64,000 nt of DNA from assembly GCA_040905715.1 (NCBI GenBank), contig JBBDRA010000002.1, positions 101,968 through 165,967 of the forward strand. The letters are read 5' to 3'. The notes under the pieces are model-generated. The model was not told the DNA's origin, did not search any database, and saw only the letters and a list, made by a program, of their open reading frames with translations. Position numbers and translations under genes: made by a program. The stretch is from Minisyncoccota bacterium. Its GTDB lineage: Bacteria > Patescibacteriota > Minisyncoccia > Phycocordibacterales > CSBR16-193. This document shows, in pieces, positions 20,827 through 30,459 of the stretch (positions are counted from its first letter, which is position 1; each line of letters begins with the position of its first letter).

Positions 20827-21930
20827 ATGAATGTTGAATGCGTAAAAGATAAACTCGAACAAGCGCTCACAAAGGCAACGCGAGTTACTAGCAAGAACGT
20901 GACACTGCCGGTGCTTCAGTGCGTACTCCTCGAAGCAGCTGACAACCAGCTTCTTATTCGGGCAACAAACCTTGATCTCGGCGTGGAGATCGGTTTGTCG
21001 GTGAAAGTAAAAGAAGAAGGTATTGTTGCGGTGCCCGGTTCGATCTTAGCTTCATTCCTTTCCCATGTTTCAGATGAGTCGGTTACGCTCGAGCGTGAAG
21101 GCGAGCAGCTTGTCGTGAAGACGGCAAGTGCTTCAACAAAGATCAATACGTATGACCACGAAGATTTTCCAACGATCCCACGAGTAACGGACGGTGTTTC
21201 TTTTTCAGTTGACTCGAGTACGTTTGCTGAAGGATTTCACTCGGTTGCGTACAGCGCTGCTGTCTCAAGTATGAAGCCGGAACTCTCAAGTGTGTATATC
21301 GCACCGGCAAGCGACCAGCGGTCACTCGTCTTTGCTGCAACTGATTCATTTCGCCTCGCGGAAAAGAAGGTACAAATGAAAGAGGTGCCGGTGTTTGATT
21401 ACGTACTTGTGCCGGTTAAGAATACGAACGAGATCACACGCATGCTCGATGAGTATAACGGCACTATCGAGATCAAGTTCGGTGAAAGCCAGGTGGCGTT
21501 TGTCGGCGACGGGCTGTATGTGACATCACGTACGGTCGATGGGGTATTCCCCGACTACCAGCAGATCATTCCGACTGAGTTTTCAGCTGAAGCGACCGTG
21601 TTAAAAAATGATCTGGTAACAGCGCTTAAAGTTGCCACCATCTTTACTGATAAATTTAATCAGGTAACCGTATCAATTGATCCGGGCCAAAAACAATTCA
21701 CCTTGCAGACAAAGAACAGTGAGGTTGGTGAGAATACGTATTCACTCGACGGAGCGTTGAGCGGCGAAGCATTAACGATAGCTTTTAATCATAAATACAT
21801 AATGGATAGTTTTCAGTCTATCACTACCGACAGCGTGGTGCTGAAACTGGGCGGCCCTGGCAAGCCGATGGTCATGAGCGGGGTTTCTGATCCATCTTTT
21901 CTTTACTTGGTGATGCCGATGAATAGATAG
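20827..21930 (+). CDS. dnaN: DNA polymerase III beta clamp
   Basis: ATNLDL, ATDSFRL, GVFPDYQQIIP, YLVMPM; follows dnaA. Confidence 0.97.
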   Translation: MNVECVKDKLEQALTKATRVTSKNVTLPVLQCVLLEAADNQLLIRATNLDLGVEIGLSVKVKEEGIVAVPGSILASFLSHVSDESVTLEREGEQLVVKTASASTKINTYDHEDFPTIPRVTDGVSFSVDSSTFAEGFHSVAYSAAVSSMKPELSSVYIAPASDQRSLVFAATDSFRLAEKKVQMKEVPVFDYVLVPVKNTNEITRMLDEYNGTIEIKFGESQVAFVGDGLYVTSRTVDGVFPDYQQIIPTEFSAEATVLKNDLVTALKVATIFTDKFNQVTVSIDPGQKQFTLQTKNSEVGENTYSLDGALSGEALTIAFNHKYIMDSFQSITTDSVVLKLGGPGKPMVMSGVSDPSFLYLVMPMNR

Positions 21931-21967
21931 TTTGGGTTGCTAGGGTTTAACGTCTAACGCCTAGACT

Positions 21968-22222
21968 ATGTTCAACATTCAGGACTATCTCAAAAAGTTC
22001 AAGGTTCTTACATCTACCGAGGGTGAGGTAAAAGATGCCACGGTCTCGGTTATAGAGAAAAAGCTTGGAGTAGTTCTTGATCGTAATGCAGTAGTATATC
22101 GAAACAAACAAATATTCATTACTGCTCATCCTGCGGTTAAAAACGAGCTCGCTCTTCGTCGAAGAGAGGTCACGGCCGCTATTCAAGCACAGACATCTCT
22201 CAGGATCAAAGATATACGTTAG
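21968..22222 (+). CDS. Small hypothetical protein (possibly DciA-like)
   Basis: 84-aa ORF directly after dnaN; HPAVKNEL...IKDIR. Confidence 0.6.
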   Translation: MFNIQDYLKKFKVLTSTEGEVKDATVSVIEKKLGVVLDRNAVVYRNKQIFITAHPAVKNELALRRREVTAAIQAQTSLRIKDIR

Positions 22223-22287
22223 TAAGAAATGTGACGCAAACAAAAACACCCCTCCGATTCTCGGTGGGGTGTTTTGCTTTTTGTTTA

Positions 22288-24510
22288 TTACCGCGATGAG
22301 TTCTCGTCATCATCCTCATCATCATTTGAGCGATCTCTATCACTGTCATCGTCTTCATCCTCATTGTCGTTATCATCTGAGCCATCGTCTGTTGAGGTGG
22401 CGGTATCCTCGCCAAAACCTTGTGTATCCGCCCAGAGACTAACCGGAAATTCCCATTGAGCATACTGACCGTCTTGACGCGGATTGCGCGGGGCGGGTCC
22501 GCGTGGGTCGTTGCGATTCACCCAGTGCAGTATCGAATGAACCCCTCCATTGTTCTGCCATTTGCCGGCTAAAATAGGTTTAAGGTTATCATCAGATGTG
22601 CTGATAAAATCATCAAATCGTGAGTTCGGTTTCTCTTCTAAGGCCTCGACCATGAACTCGTTCCACATTGGAGCAACAATAAATCCGGCGATCTCTTTGA
22701 CCATGGCTGATCCGTCGTTGTTTCCTGCCCAGGTACCTACAGCTATATCCGGCGTGTAGCCAATGATCCAGGCGTCTTTGTAGTCGTTAGTAGTACCTGT
22801 TTTTACGGCTACGTCGCGTCCCGGAAAGTGAAGAAGAGAGTTGTGTCCAAATGCCGGTGCTCGGGCGGCGTTGTCGGAGAGCATATCTGATATTTGAAGC
22901 GCTACATCTTCTGAAAGTACGCGATCAGGATTTACTTCGTGCTCAAATAGTACTTTGTCATCGCTGTCTTCTACTTTCAGTATGGCAACATGTTCGTTTC
23001 TCTCTCCCTCGTTGCCAAAGACGCCGTAGGCGCTGGTCATATCAAGAAGTGATACTTCGCCGCCACCAAGCACAAGGGTGAGGCCGTATTGGCGGATATC
23101 TCCAAGATTCTCAACACCCATATCTCGGGCGAGTTCAAGTGTCGCGTCCATTCCGGCAAGATACAAAACTTTGATAGCCGGGATGTTAATTGATTGAGCT
23201 AGGGCGTTTCGGAACGAGACGGGTCCACGGAACTTACTGTCATAGTTCTGTGGAGAATAACAGTCACCTCCGTTGGAGAGGTTTGAAGGAGCGCAGGCCG
23301 TGGAAAATTGGGTTTTGAGGTCAAACACCACGGTCTCCGGGGTGTAACCTTTAGTAAGTGCTGCAGCGTACGCGAAGGGCTTGAACGTTGAGCCTGGTTG
23401 TCGGTTCGGTGAGACTGCTACGTTGAATTGACCTTGGATCGTATCCGAAAAGTAGTTGCGGGATCCAACCATTACCTCGATACCCCCCGTTTTCGGGTCG
23501 ATTGCTACAAGCGCCGCGTTCTCGGCATTGAATCGGGTTGCGTTTGAGCGGGCGTTCTCAAGAATGATCTCCTCAGCTTTTTCCTGCAGTTCGAGATTAA
23601 GCGACGTGGTTACCTTAAGACCCCCTTGACGTACCGTTTGTTCACCGTACTCGTCAATAAGCTGTTCGATAACGTACATCACAAAATGTGGAGCTTTGAT
23701 GATGGCTGTATCTGTCGGCGACAGTTCATAGACTTCTTCACGTGCGTCTCGGTATTCTTCCGATGTAATGTAGCCATGTCGGCGCATTTCAATAAGCACT
23801 TGATTTTTGCGTGTTTCGAGTGCCTTAGGATTGTTGAGATAGTAGGTCGGTGCTTTTGGAAGCGCGGCCAAGTAGGCGCTTTGGGCGATCGACAGATCGC
23901 TGGCCGGCGTGCCGAAGTAGGCCTGACCGGCTTCTTCCACACCGTACAGACTGCCTCCGTACGGGATCTCGTTGAGATAGATATTTAAGATCTCGTCTTT
24001 TGTATTAACGCGTTCTATTTTTAAGGCGAGAAGCCATTCTTTAAGTTTTCGGGTGATCGTCTTCTCGGGTGTGAGAAGCGAGTTTTTTACTACTTGCTGT
24101 GTGATAGTTGAACCACCTTGTTCAAATCCAAAATTGATCAGGTTGACGAATGAAGCTCGTAGAATAGCAGACGGTTTAATACCGACGTGTTGATAAAATT
24201 CAGGGTCTTCGATCGCGAGCGATGCCTCTTTAACAGAGTCGTTGATCTCGTCGAACGGCACAATTGTTCGTTGGTAGTCCCGATATACATCATAGAGCAG
24301 TGCCTCACCGCTTTTATCGTATATTTTTGTTGATTGGGCAACTTGGCGTTCTTGAAAGGAGTCGACGGTAGGGATCTCAAGAGTGGAAACCCAGATGGCG
24401 GTAGCGCCGGCGAGGAATACACCGATGGCAAAAAGCAGGATGAGGGTATTTTTTACCGCTATCCAGTTCAAAAAGCGTCGTGAGTTCTTCTCTGATCCTT
24501 GATGTGCCAT
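22288..24510 (-). CDS. Class A penicillin-binding protein (PBP1A family)
   Basis: Transglycosylase motifs ED..FY.H.G, QGGSTITQQ, RKLKE; transpeptidase STFK, SIN, KTGT. Confidence 0.95.
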   Translation of the reverse strand: MAHQGSEKNSRRFLNWIAVKNTLILLFAIGVFLAGATAIWVSTLEIPTVDSFQERQVAQSTKIYDKSGEALLYDVYRDYQRTIVPFDEINDSVKEASLAIEDPEFYQHVGIKPSAILRASFVNLINFGFEQGGSTITQQVVKNSLLTPEKTITRKLKEWLLALKIERVNTKDEILNIYLNEIPYGGSLYGVEEAGQAYFGTPASDLSIAQSAYLAALPKAPTYYLNNPKALETRKNQVLIEMRRHGYITSEEYRDAREEVYELSPTDTAIIKAPHFVMYVIEQLIDEYGEQTVRQGGLKVTTSLNLELQEKAEEIILENARSNATRFNAENAALVAIDPKTGGIEVMVGSRNYFSDTIQGQFNVAVSPNRQPGSTFKPFAYAAALTKGYTPETVVFDLKTQFSTACAPSNLSNGGDCYSPQNYDSKFRGPVSFRNALAQSINIPAIKVLYLAGMDATLELARDMGVENLGDIRQYGLTLVLGGGEVSLLDMTSAYGVFGNEGERNEHVAILKVEDSDDKVLFEHEVNPDRVLSEDVALQISDMLSDNAARAPAFGHNSLLHFPGRDVAVKTGTTNDYKDAWIIGYTPDIAVGTWAGNNDGSAMVKEIAGFIVAPMWNEFMVEALEEKPNSRFDDFISTSDDNLKPILAGKWQNNGGVHSILHWVNRNDPRGPAPRNPRQDGQYAQWEFPVSLWADTQGFGEDTATSTDDGSDDNDNEDEDDDSDRDRSNDDEDDDENSSR

Positions 24511-24768
24511 GTCTGATAGTATTATACGTTAGAGCGTAGGTGAAGGCTACGGTGGGGACGCGCCTTCGGTTTTTTAAGATGCCGTGTAATTACTCATTTA
24601 ATTACCTGCTTTATAATAACTCCCGGTGTGGTATCCTCTGTAATAGAGATCACTTGTCCTCCTTAAGACGTATCGGGGTCTTGTATCTTTCACTGGCCAT
24701 GCTCGAGTGCCTTGTGCTCGTTACCTGACATTGCCTGATCCTACTAGCTAGAAGTTTCAAAGTGTACC

Positions 24769-25992
24769 ATGAATATAACCACCGGTAAAGAGCGTATAGA
24801 TGAGGTTTTAACCCGCGGCGTCGCAGAGCTTTTGCCGTCTCGAGAAAAGGTTGAAGAGCGACTTTCCTCCGGCGAGCGTCTTCGGATCTACCTTGGTATC
24901 GACGCGACCGGCGCCGAGCTTCACCTGGGCCACACCAAGAACATCCTCCTGCTTGAACGTTTGCGTCGGCTGGGCCATGTAATAATTCTCTTGTTCGGTG
25001 ATTTTACTGCCATGATCGGTGACCCGACAGACAAAGGTGCGGCTCGTCAGCGTCTCACTAAAGAAGAGGTCGAGGAGAACATTGCTAGCTGGAAAGAGCA
25101 GATCACACCGATCCTCTCACTCGATGACCCGGAGAACCCGGCTCAGATAAGGCAGAACAGCGAGTGGCTCTCTAAACTTGGTTTTAATGACGTTGTAGAC
25201 ATTGCCTCCAACTTTACGGTTCAACATATGCTTGAGCGGGACATGTTTGAGAAGCGCATGAATGAAGGAAAGCCGGTATATGTACATGAATTTATGTACC
25301 CACTGATGCAAGGGTATGACAGCGTGGCTATGGATGTAGACGGCGAGGTTGGCGGTACCGATCAAACCTTTAATATGCTTGCCGGACGCAGTCTGCAGCA
25401 AACCTATAATACAAAAGAGAAATTCATCATTACGATGAGTCTGATCGCCGATCCGGTGACGGGTAAAAAGATCATGAGCAAAAGCGAAGGCGATTACGTC
25501 AGCCTTACCGCAACGTCGGAGGATATGTACGGTGGCGTGATGGCGCTCCCGGACGGAGTGATCGTCCAGATGTTTGAAGGCTGCACGTTTGTGCCAATGA
25601 AGGAAGTAGATGAGGTTCGCGCTCAGTTGGAGGGTGGTGAGGTGAATCCGCGAGATCTCAAGATGAAGCTGGCTCAAGAGATCACAAAAATGTATCACGG
25701 CGAGGAAGCCGCAGAAAAAGCGGGCCTGCAATTCACTCAAGCCTTTTCTGAGCGAAGTGTGCCGAGTGAGATAAACGAAGTATCGGTGGTAAGTGGTGCG
25801 CTGCTCGTCGATGTGCTCGTCGAGCACGGGGTTGTGGAATCAAAAAGTGCCTTTCGACGACTTGTCGAGGCCGGTGCGGTTCGCGATATGGAAAGCGAGG
25901 AAAAGATCAGCGATCAGAACACCGCGATAGAACGACCGTTAACGCTGCGGGTAGGAAAGAAGCAGTTTATAAAGATCACTCCGCAGGAATAG
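24769..25992 (+). CDS. tyrS: Tyrosine--tRNA ligase
   Basis: HLGH, YPLMQGYD, GGTDQTFN, IMSKS, C-terminal S4-like domain. Confidence 0.96.
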   Translation: MNITTGKERIDEVLTRGVAELLPSREKVEERLSSGERLRIYLGIDATGAELHLGHTKNILLLERLRRLGHVIILLFGDFTAMIGDPTDKGAARQRLTKEEVEENIASWKEQITPILSLDDPENPAQIRQNSEWLSKLGFNDVVDIASNFTVQHMLERDMFEKRMNEGKPVYVHEFMYPLMQGYDSVAMDVDGEVGGTDQTFNMLAGRSLQQTYNTKEKFIITMSLIADPVTGKKIMSKSEGDYVSLTATSEDMYGGVMALPDGVIVQMFEGCTFVPMKEVDEVRAQLEGGEVNPRDLKMKLAQEITKMYHGEEAAEKAGLQFTQAFSERSVPSEINEVSVVSGALLVDVLVEHGVVESKSAFRRLVEAGAVRDMESEEKISDQNTAIERPLTLRVGKKQFIKITPQE

Positions 25993-26461
25993 TATTGATC
26001 GTCGCCAGTGCAGTGATACCGATAGCAATCGCGTCGTATTCGTCGTCGTGCTGAAGAGGTTCTCCGATATGCACAAGGCGCTTGGTCATAGTAATAACTT
26101 GTTTTTTATCGCTGTTGCCTTCCCCGGTAACAGCGATCTTAATTGCCTGGGGAGAAAATTCTGTTATCGGAAGATTGGCGCAGGCTGCGGCGGACAAGAG
26201 TGCGCCGCGAGCCTCGGCGACTTTCATGGCGGTTTTTTGGTTTACGCTGAAGAAGAGGGTTTCGGTGGCGAACGCGTCAGGTGCATATTCCTGAATAATC
26301 CGCTCTATCTCGCGGTAGACTTGAGAGAGGCGTTCAGGGTGGGGAGTGGTAGACTTGGTTTTAAAACACGCGGAGTACACAAGCGCTTCACTTCCCGACG
26401 GTCCGTCAAGCACCGCCACACCGAGTCGTTCATACCCCGGGTCGATTGCAAGAATGCGCAT
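25976..26461 (-). CDS. ruvC: Holliday junction resolvase RuvC
   Basis: ILAIDPG, ETLFF, EARG, DDEYDAIAI. Confidence 0.95.
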   Translation of the reverse strand: MRILAIDPGYERLGVAVLDGPSGSEALVYSACFKTKSTTPHPERLSQVYREIERIIQEYAPDAFATETLFFSVNQKTAMKVAEARGALLSAAACANLPITEFSPQAIKIAVTGEGNSDKKQVITMTKRLVHIGEPLQHDDEYDAIAIGITALATINTIPAE

Positions 26462-26487
26462 AGCGTAGTAACTAAAAAAGAGGCAGT

Positions 26488-27018
26488 TTATGCGGCATTT
26501 GTATACACATCTTGAACATCTTCATGTTCTTCAAGCGTTTCTATAAGCTGATCGAGTTTTGCGCGATCGTCCTCACTGATCTCCATCGTTGTCTGCGCGA
26601 CCCACTCGCCGTTTTGTTTTTCAAACGCCCAGGCTGCAGCGCCGGGTGTGGCAAGTTCAAGGCCGTTTTTGGAGAGGAGATGTTTGATCTCGCTTGATGT
26701 TCGGTTGTTGTTGTCGGTTAGACCGGTAATAACAATGGCAATGCCGGCGGGTCCATAGGTTTCAAACACGACCGGCTCGAGTGTTGCTGCGTCCCCGCTC
26801 TGGCCTTTTTTGACCGCCCGCTCAATATTGTCATTGGGCATATTCTCTTTTTTCGCCTTCTCGATCGCTGCTTTCAGGGAAGGGGATTCAACATTACCGT
26901 CGGCATTCTTTGATTCGGTCGCGATCAGTTTGGCTAGTTTGCCGAATACCTGACTCTTTTTCGAATCTGAGGCGGCTTTTTTGTGCTTTATCTTACTCCA
27001 TTTATTGTGTCCGGACAT
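26488..27018 (-). CDS. yebC: YebC/PmpR family protein (short form)
   Basis: MSGHNKWSKIKHKK, TDNNNRT, EDVQDVYTN. Confidence 0.93.
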   Translation of the reverse strand: MSGHNKWSKIKHKKAASDSKKSQVFGKLAKLIATESKNADGNVESPSLKAAIEKAKKENMPNDNIERAVKKGQSGDAATLEPVVFETYGPAGIAIVITGLTDNNNRTSSEIKHLLSKNGLELATPGAAAWAFEKQNGEWVAQTTMEISEDDRAKLDQLIETLEEHEDVQDVYTNAA

Positions 27019-27157
27019 AGTGTTTGTAGTTTTACATAGTTAGGTCTAATTATCAAATCTTTAAAGATCGCAAAAGATTTAGGGTCTATGAATAAAGAAA
27101 AGATCCGCCCAAAACGGATCCGTGACCTAAGACTCTGATCGATCCAGTGGTCATGTG

Positions 27158-28144
27158 TTACGTATTGAATCGCTCACGTGCTTCTTTGGTGGCAACACGT
27201 CCCCGTGGGGTACGCTCAATAAGGCCGATCTGGATCAGGTATGGTTCGTTGAACTCCTCAAGCGTGCTTTCTTCCTCGGCAAGAGCGGCTGCAAGTGTGT
27301 TGAGACCGACCGGTCCGCCGTTGAATTTCTTTATGATAGTCGAAAGAAGGTCTCGGTCGGTCCGGGAGAGGCCATACTCGTCGATATCAAGCAGTTCTAG
27401 GGCCTCTTTCACGATAGTGTCAGTCAGATCTTGTTTGTGAACTTGGGCGAAATCGCGCGCACGCTTTAAAAAGTAGTTAGCTGTGCGCGGGGTGTAGCGA
27501 CTTCGTCGGGCGATCTCGCTGACCGCTTGGTCGGTTATCACTATACCTAGTATGCCGGCCGACCGGCGAACGATCTCTTCTATCTCCAGATCGGTATAGA
27601 ACTCCAGTTTGAACGTTCCGCCGGAAAACCGAGAGCGAAGTGGGGAGGAAATACCGGCCACGCGGGTAGTAGCGGCAATGAGGGTGAACGGTGGTAACTC
27701 CAGTTGGATCGTGCGGGCGCTGGGTCCTTTGCCGAGAATAATGTCAAGCGAACCTGACTCCATGGCAGGGTAGAGAACCTCCTCGATCGACTTGTTAAGC
27801 CGGTGGATCTCATCAATAAAGAGAATGTCGCCGCTTGAGAGGTTGGTAAGCACCGAGGCAAGGTCGCCAACTTTCGTTATGGCCGGTCCGGAGGTTACCT
27901 TGAGTTGAGAATTGGTTTCCTTGGCTATGAGGTGAGCCAACGTTGTTTTCCCAAGCCCCGGTGGGCCGTAAAAGAGAATGTGTTCCGGAGGCTGGTCACG
28001 CTCTGTAGCCGCCTTTAGGAGAATAGAAAGGTTGTTTTTGATGCTGATCTGTCCGATATATTCGTCCCATGTACTTGGTCGGAGTGTCCTATCAAGGAAA
28101 TGAGCGTCACTCGGTTGGGTGGGGGGTTGTCCGTTGAGTGTCAT
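27158..28144 (-). CDS. ruvB: Holliday junction branch migration ATPase RuvB
   Basis: LRP..W.EYIGQ, GPPGLGKTT, FIDEIHRL, EPYLIQIG.IERTPRGR. Confidence 0.97.
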   Translation of the reverse strand: MTLNGQPPTQPSDAHFLDRTLRPSTWDEYIGQISIKNNLSILLKAATERDQPPEHILFYGPPGLGKTTLAHLIAKETNSQLKVTSGPAITKVGDLASVLTNLSSGDILFIDEIHRLNKSIEEVLYPAMESGSLDIILGKGPSARTIQLELPPFTLIAATTRVAGISSPLRSRFSGGTFKLEFYTDLEIEEIVRRSAGILGIVITDQAVSEIARRSRYTPRTANYFLKRARDFAQVHKQDLTDTIVKEALELLDIDEYGLSRTDRDLLSTIIKKFNGGPVGLNTLAAALAEEESTLEEFNEPYLIQIGLIERTPRGRVATKEARERFNT

Positions 28145-28200
28145 AAATCATTGACAATATATTTTCTTTATATTATACTAGCTTAATCGTTGATCTTTAC

Positions 28201-28438
28201 GGACTCACTATATTAGTGAAGCTCGTCAAAGCCAGCTCATAAACCTCTCAGCAACAAAGTACTGCTTTGAGGTGTATCGCCAGGATTTCCGCGGTTCTCT
28301 CGCTTGTACGAGAGGTGACTGCAGTAATTGCTGAGTAATATCCCCGACTTTCTCCGTGAAAGGTGTTGCTGAGAGGTTTATGGTCTGGACGGCTTTAGAA
28401 GAACATTTTGTTCCGCGAGGCTTTCTTCAGTGAATCCT
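28201..28438 (-). ncRNA. Unassigned ~240-nt structured RNA
   Basis: Nested inverted repeats including a perfect 19-bp stem (28238-28256/28364-28382) and a terminal GGATTCACT/AGTGAGTCC stem; CTGACA-16-TATAAT directly upstream on the minus strand. Confidence 0.6.
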
Positions 28439-28451
28439 AGTTGCATTATAC

Positions 28452-28488
28452 ACAAAACACCCCGTTTGTCAGAGGGGTGTTTTGTTTT
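28452..28488. terminator. Terminator hairpin after pilB, overlapping the predicted ncRNA promoter
   Basis: ACAAAACACCCC...GGGGTGTTTTGT. Confidence 0.65.
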
Positions 28489-28524
28489 TATTGATCTTCT
28501 TGGGTTTCAGAGTAAATAAACAAC

Positions 28525-30216
28525 CTATTCTTCGCTGTCTATATCAACCACTCGACGCAGTTCCTCCAGCGAGGTTATGCCTTTAAGTGCCTTTATAACG
28601 CCATCTTCGGCAAGTCTCGGAATGCCTTGTGGTTTTGCTGCCTCCCAGATCTCACGGATACTTGGATTGTCCCGGAGCGCCATCTCGATCGCCTTATCCC
28701 CAAGGATCGCCTCGTAAATACCCAGACGCCCCTTGTACCCGAGGTCGTTGCATTTATCACATCCGCCAGCTACCCACATTTTTTCTGTCTGCAGGTCAAC
28801 AAGATACTTTTCGTTCTTTTCGCGCAAACTTGCCAGGAGTCGGTCAACGGTTTCTTTGTCTTTGCCCTCGATCACAGCTTCTTTTTTGCAGTCTTCACAA
28901 AGCTTTCGTACCAGGCGCTGGGCCATTGAGAGGGTGACCGCTGAGGTGATGACTTTTGCATCTACACCAAGGTCTATTAGACGCGGGAACGTACCGGCGG
29001 CATCATTTGTGTGCAGGGTAGAGAACACAAGGTGACCGGTCAGGGCCGCGTTGATCGCGGTGTTGGCGGTCTCCTCGTCACGGATCTCACCGACCATGAT
29101 GATGTCCGGGTCCTGGCGCATCGCGGAACGTAGTCCGGCGAGGAAGTCATACCCGGCCTCATGGTTTACCTGGGTTTGCACGACTCCTTCTAGGTGGTAC
29201 TCAACCGGGTTCTCGATCGTGAGGATCTTTACATCCAGCGAGTTTACCTCGCGGAGGAAAGAATAGAGCGTTGTTGTTTTTCCGGAACCGGTTGGACCGG
29301 TGTTCAGGAGCATGCCGTTTGGCTTCTGGATCTCTCGTTTGAATATCGTAAGCAGATCGGGCGGAATACCAAGGTCTTTAAGTTCCACCTGGATCGAGGA
29401 CGGGTCAAGAATACGCATTACGATCGAGTCGCCACCCGGGGAGGGAATGACCGAAGAGCGGATCTGGATCTTTGCATTGCCGGCATCGATCGAGAACCGG
29501 CCGTCTTGAGCTTCGCTGGTAACGTTAAGCTTCATGCCTGAGACCAGCTTAAATCTAGCCATGAGGCTTTTGTAGGTCGGGTAGTCGATATCGGCGATCT
29601 TTTGGAGCACACCGTCAAGACGGTATCTCAGACGCACAGCTTCTTCTTCCGGCTCGATATGGATATCAGACGCACCGACAGCCAGCGCACCGCCAAGAAC
29701 ATGCTCGGTCAGCTCTGAGGTCTTGGTCATGGAATCCTTTTCGAGTGTTGTGGAGACGAGCTCTCCTACGTCTTGGATCGTTTTTACTTTTTCGCGGATC
29801 GCATCAATATTTTCATTTGAAATATCAACCGTTCCGCGTCGGGTTTTAAAGGAGGCGGATAGATCATCATAGGTTCGCCAGCCTTTCTCAAGACCGATCG
29901 TGGTTGTGAGAAAGGGGTTTACGACGTACCCTTTTTCTTTGAGGTCACTTAGCACTTTTTGCGTCTCCTCGCTATTTGGCTGACGCATCGCAATGCTGAC
30001 CTTGTTGTTTACGATAGCGAACGGTACGAGTTTGGCTTTTTGAGATACTTCTTTGGGAACCAGCTGCATCGCGTCACCCTCGATGTTTTTCATGGTCAGA
30101 TCAACAAACTCCATTCCGGTCTTAGCGGCCAACTGCTGGACGAAATCGTCCTCTTCGTCCGTACGGAGTTTGCTCAGCGTTCCTTCTTGGTTTTCGTCGT
30201 CAAATTGGATGATCAT
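28525..30216 (-). CDS. pilB: GspE/PilB type IV pilus assembly ATPase
   Basis: ASDIHIEP, RYRLDG, GPTGSGKTT, RQDPDIIMVGEIRD, TGHLVFSTLHTN, CxxC pairs. Confidence 0.92.
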   Translation of the reverse strand: MIIQFDDENQEGTLSKLRTDEEDDFVQQLAAKTGMEFVDLTMKNIEGDAMQLVPKEVSQKAKLVPFAIVNNKVSIAMRQPNSEETQKVLSDLKEKGYVVNPFLTTTIGLEKGWRTYDDLSASFKTRRGTVDISNENIDAIREKVKTIQDVGELVSTTLEKDSMTKTSELTEHVLGGALAVGASDIHIEPEEEAVRLRYRLDGVLQKIADIDYPTYKSLMARFKLVSGMKLNVTSEAQDGRFSIDAGNAKIQIRSSVIPSPGGDSIVMRILDPSSIQVELKDLGIPPDLLTIFKREIQKPNGMLLNTGPTGSGKTTTLYSFLREVNSLDVKILTIENPVEYHLEGVVQTQVNHEAGYDFLAGLRSAMRQDPDIIMVGEIRDEETANTAINAALTGHLVFSTLHTNDAAGTFPRLIDLGVDAKVITSAVTLSMAQRLVRKLCEDCKKEAVIEGKDKETVDRLLASLREKNEKYLVDLQTEKMWVAGGCDKCNDLGYKGRLGIYEAILGDKAIEMALRDNPSIREIWEAAKPQGIPRLAEDGVIKALKGITSLEELRRVVDIDSEE

Positions 30217-30307
30217 TTACCCTATAATATCGCGGTGTGAGTGATGGAACAAGGGAAATTAAGGTGAGGGGTTGAACCATGGGCGATGATAGGGGGCGAT
30301 GACGGTG

Positions 30308-30347
30308 AAAAATATTAGAGTTAACTCTAATATAACTCTAATATTTT
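30308..30347. repeat. Palindrome plus 11-bp tandem repeat (TAACTCTAATA x2); candidate operator
   Basis: AAAATATTAGAGTTAACTCTAATATAACTCTAATATTTT. Confidence 0.55.
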
Positions 30348-30459
30348 AGAGAATGCAGTGTAGTGTTCTTACGATCAGCATCTGTTGCTGGCGCAACAAA
30401 TTATAAAAAAGCCGCATTGCTTGCGCAATGCGGCTGGTGAACGTACTTGGGAGTCTCGA

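Noticed and set aside
28201-28438. RNase P RNA, tmRNA or SRP RNA identity for the structured interval
   Set aside because: The GAGGAAAGTCC and ACAGAA..CGGCTTA motifs, tRNA-Ala-like ends and the SRP helix 8 motif were not found; kept as an unassigned RNA.
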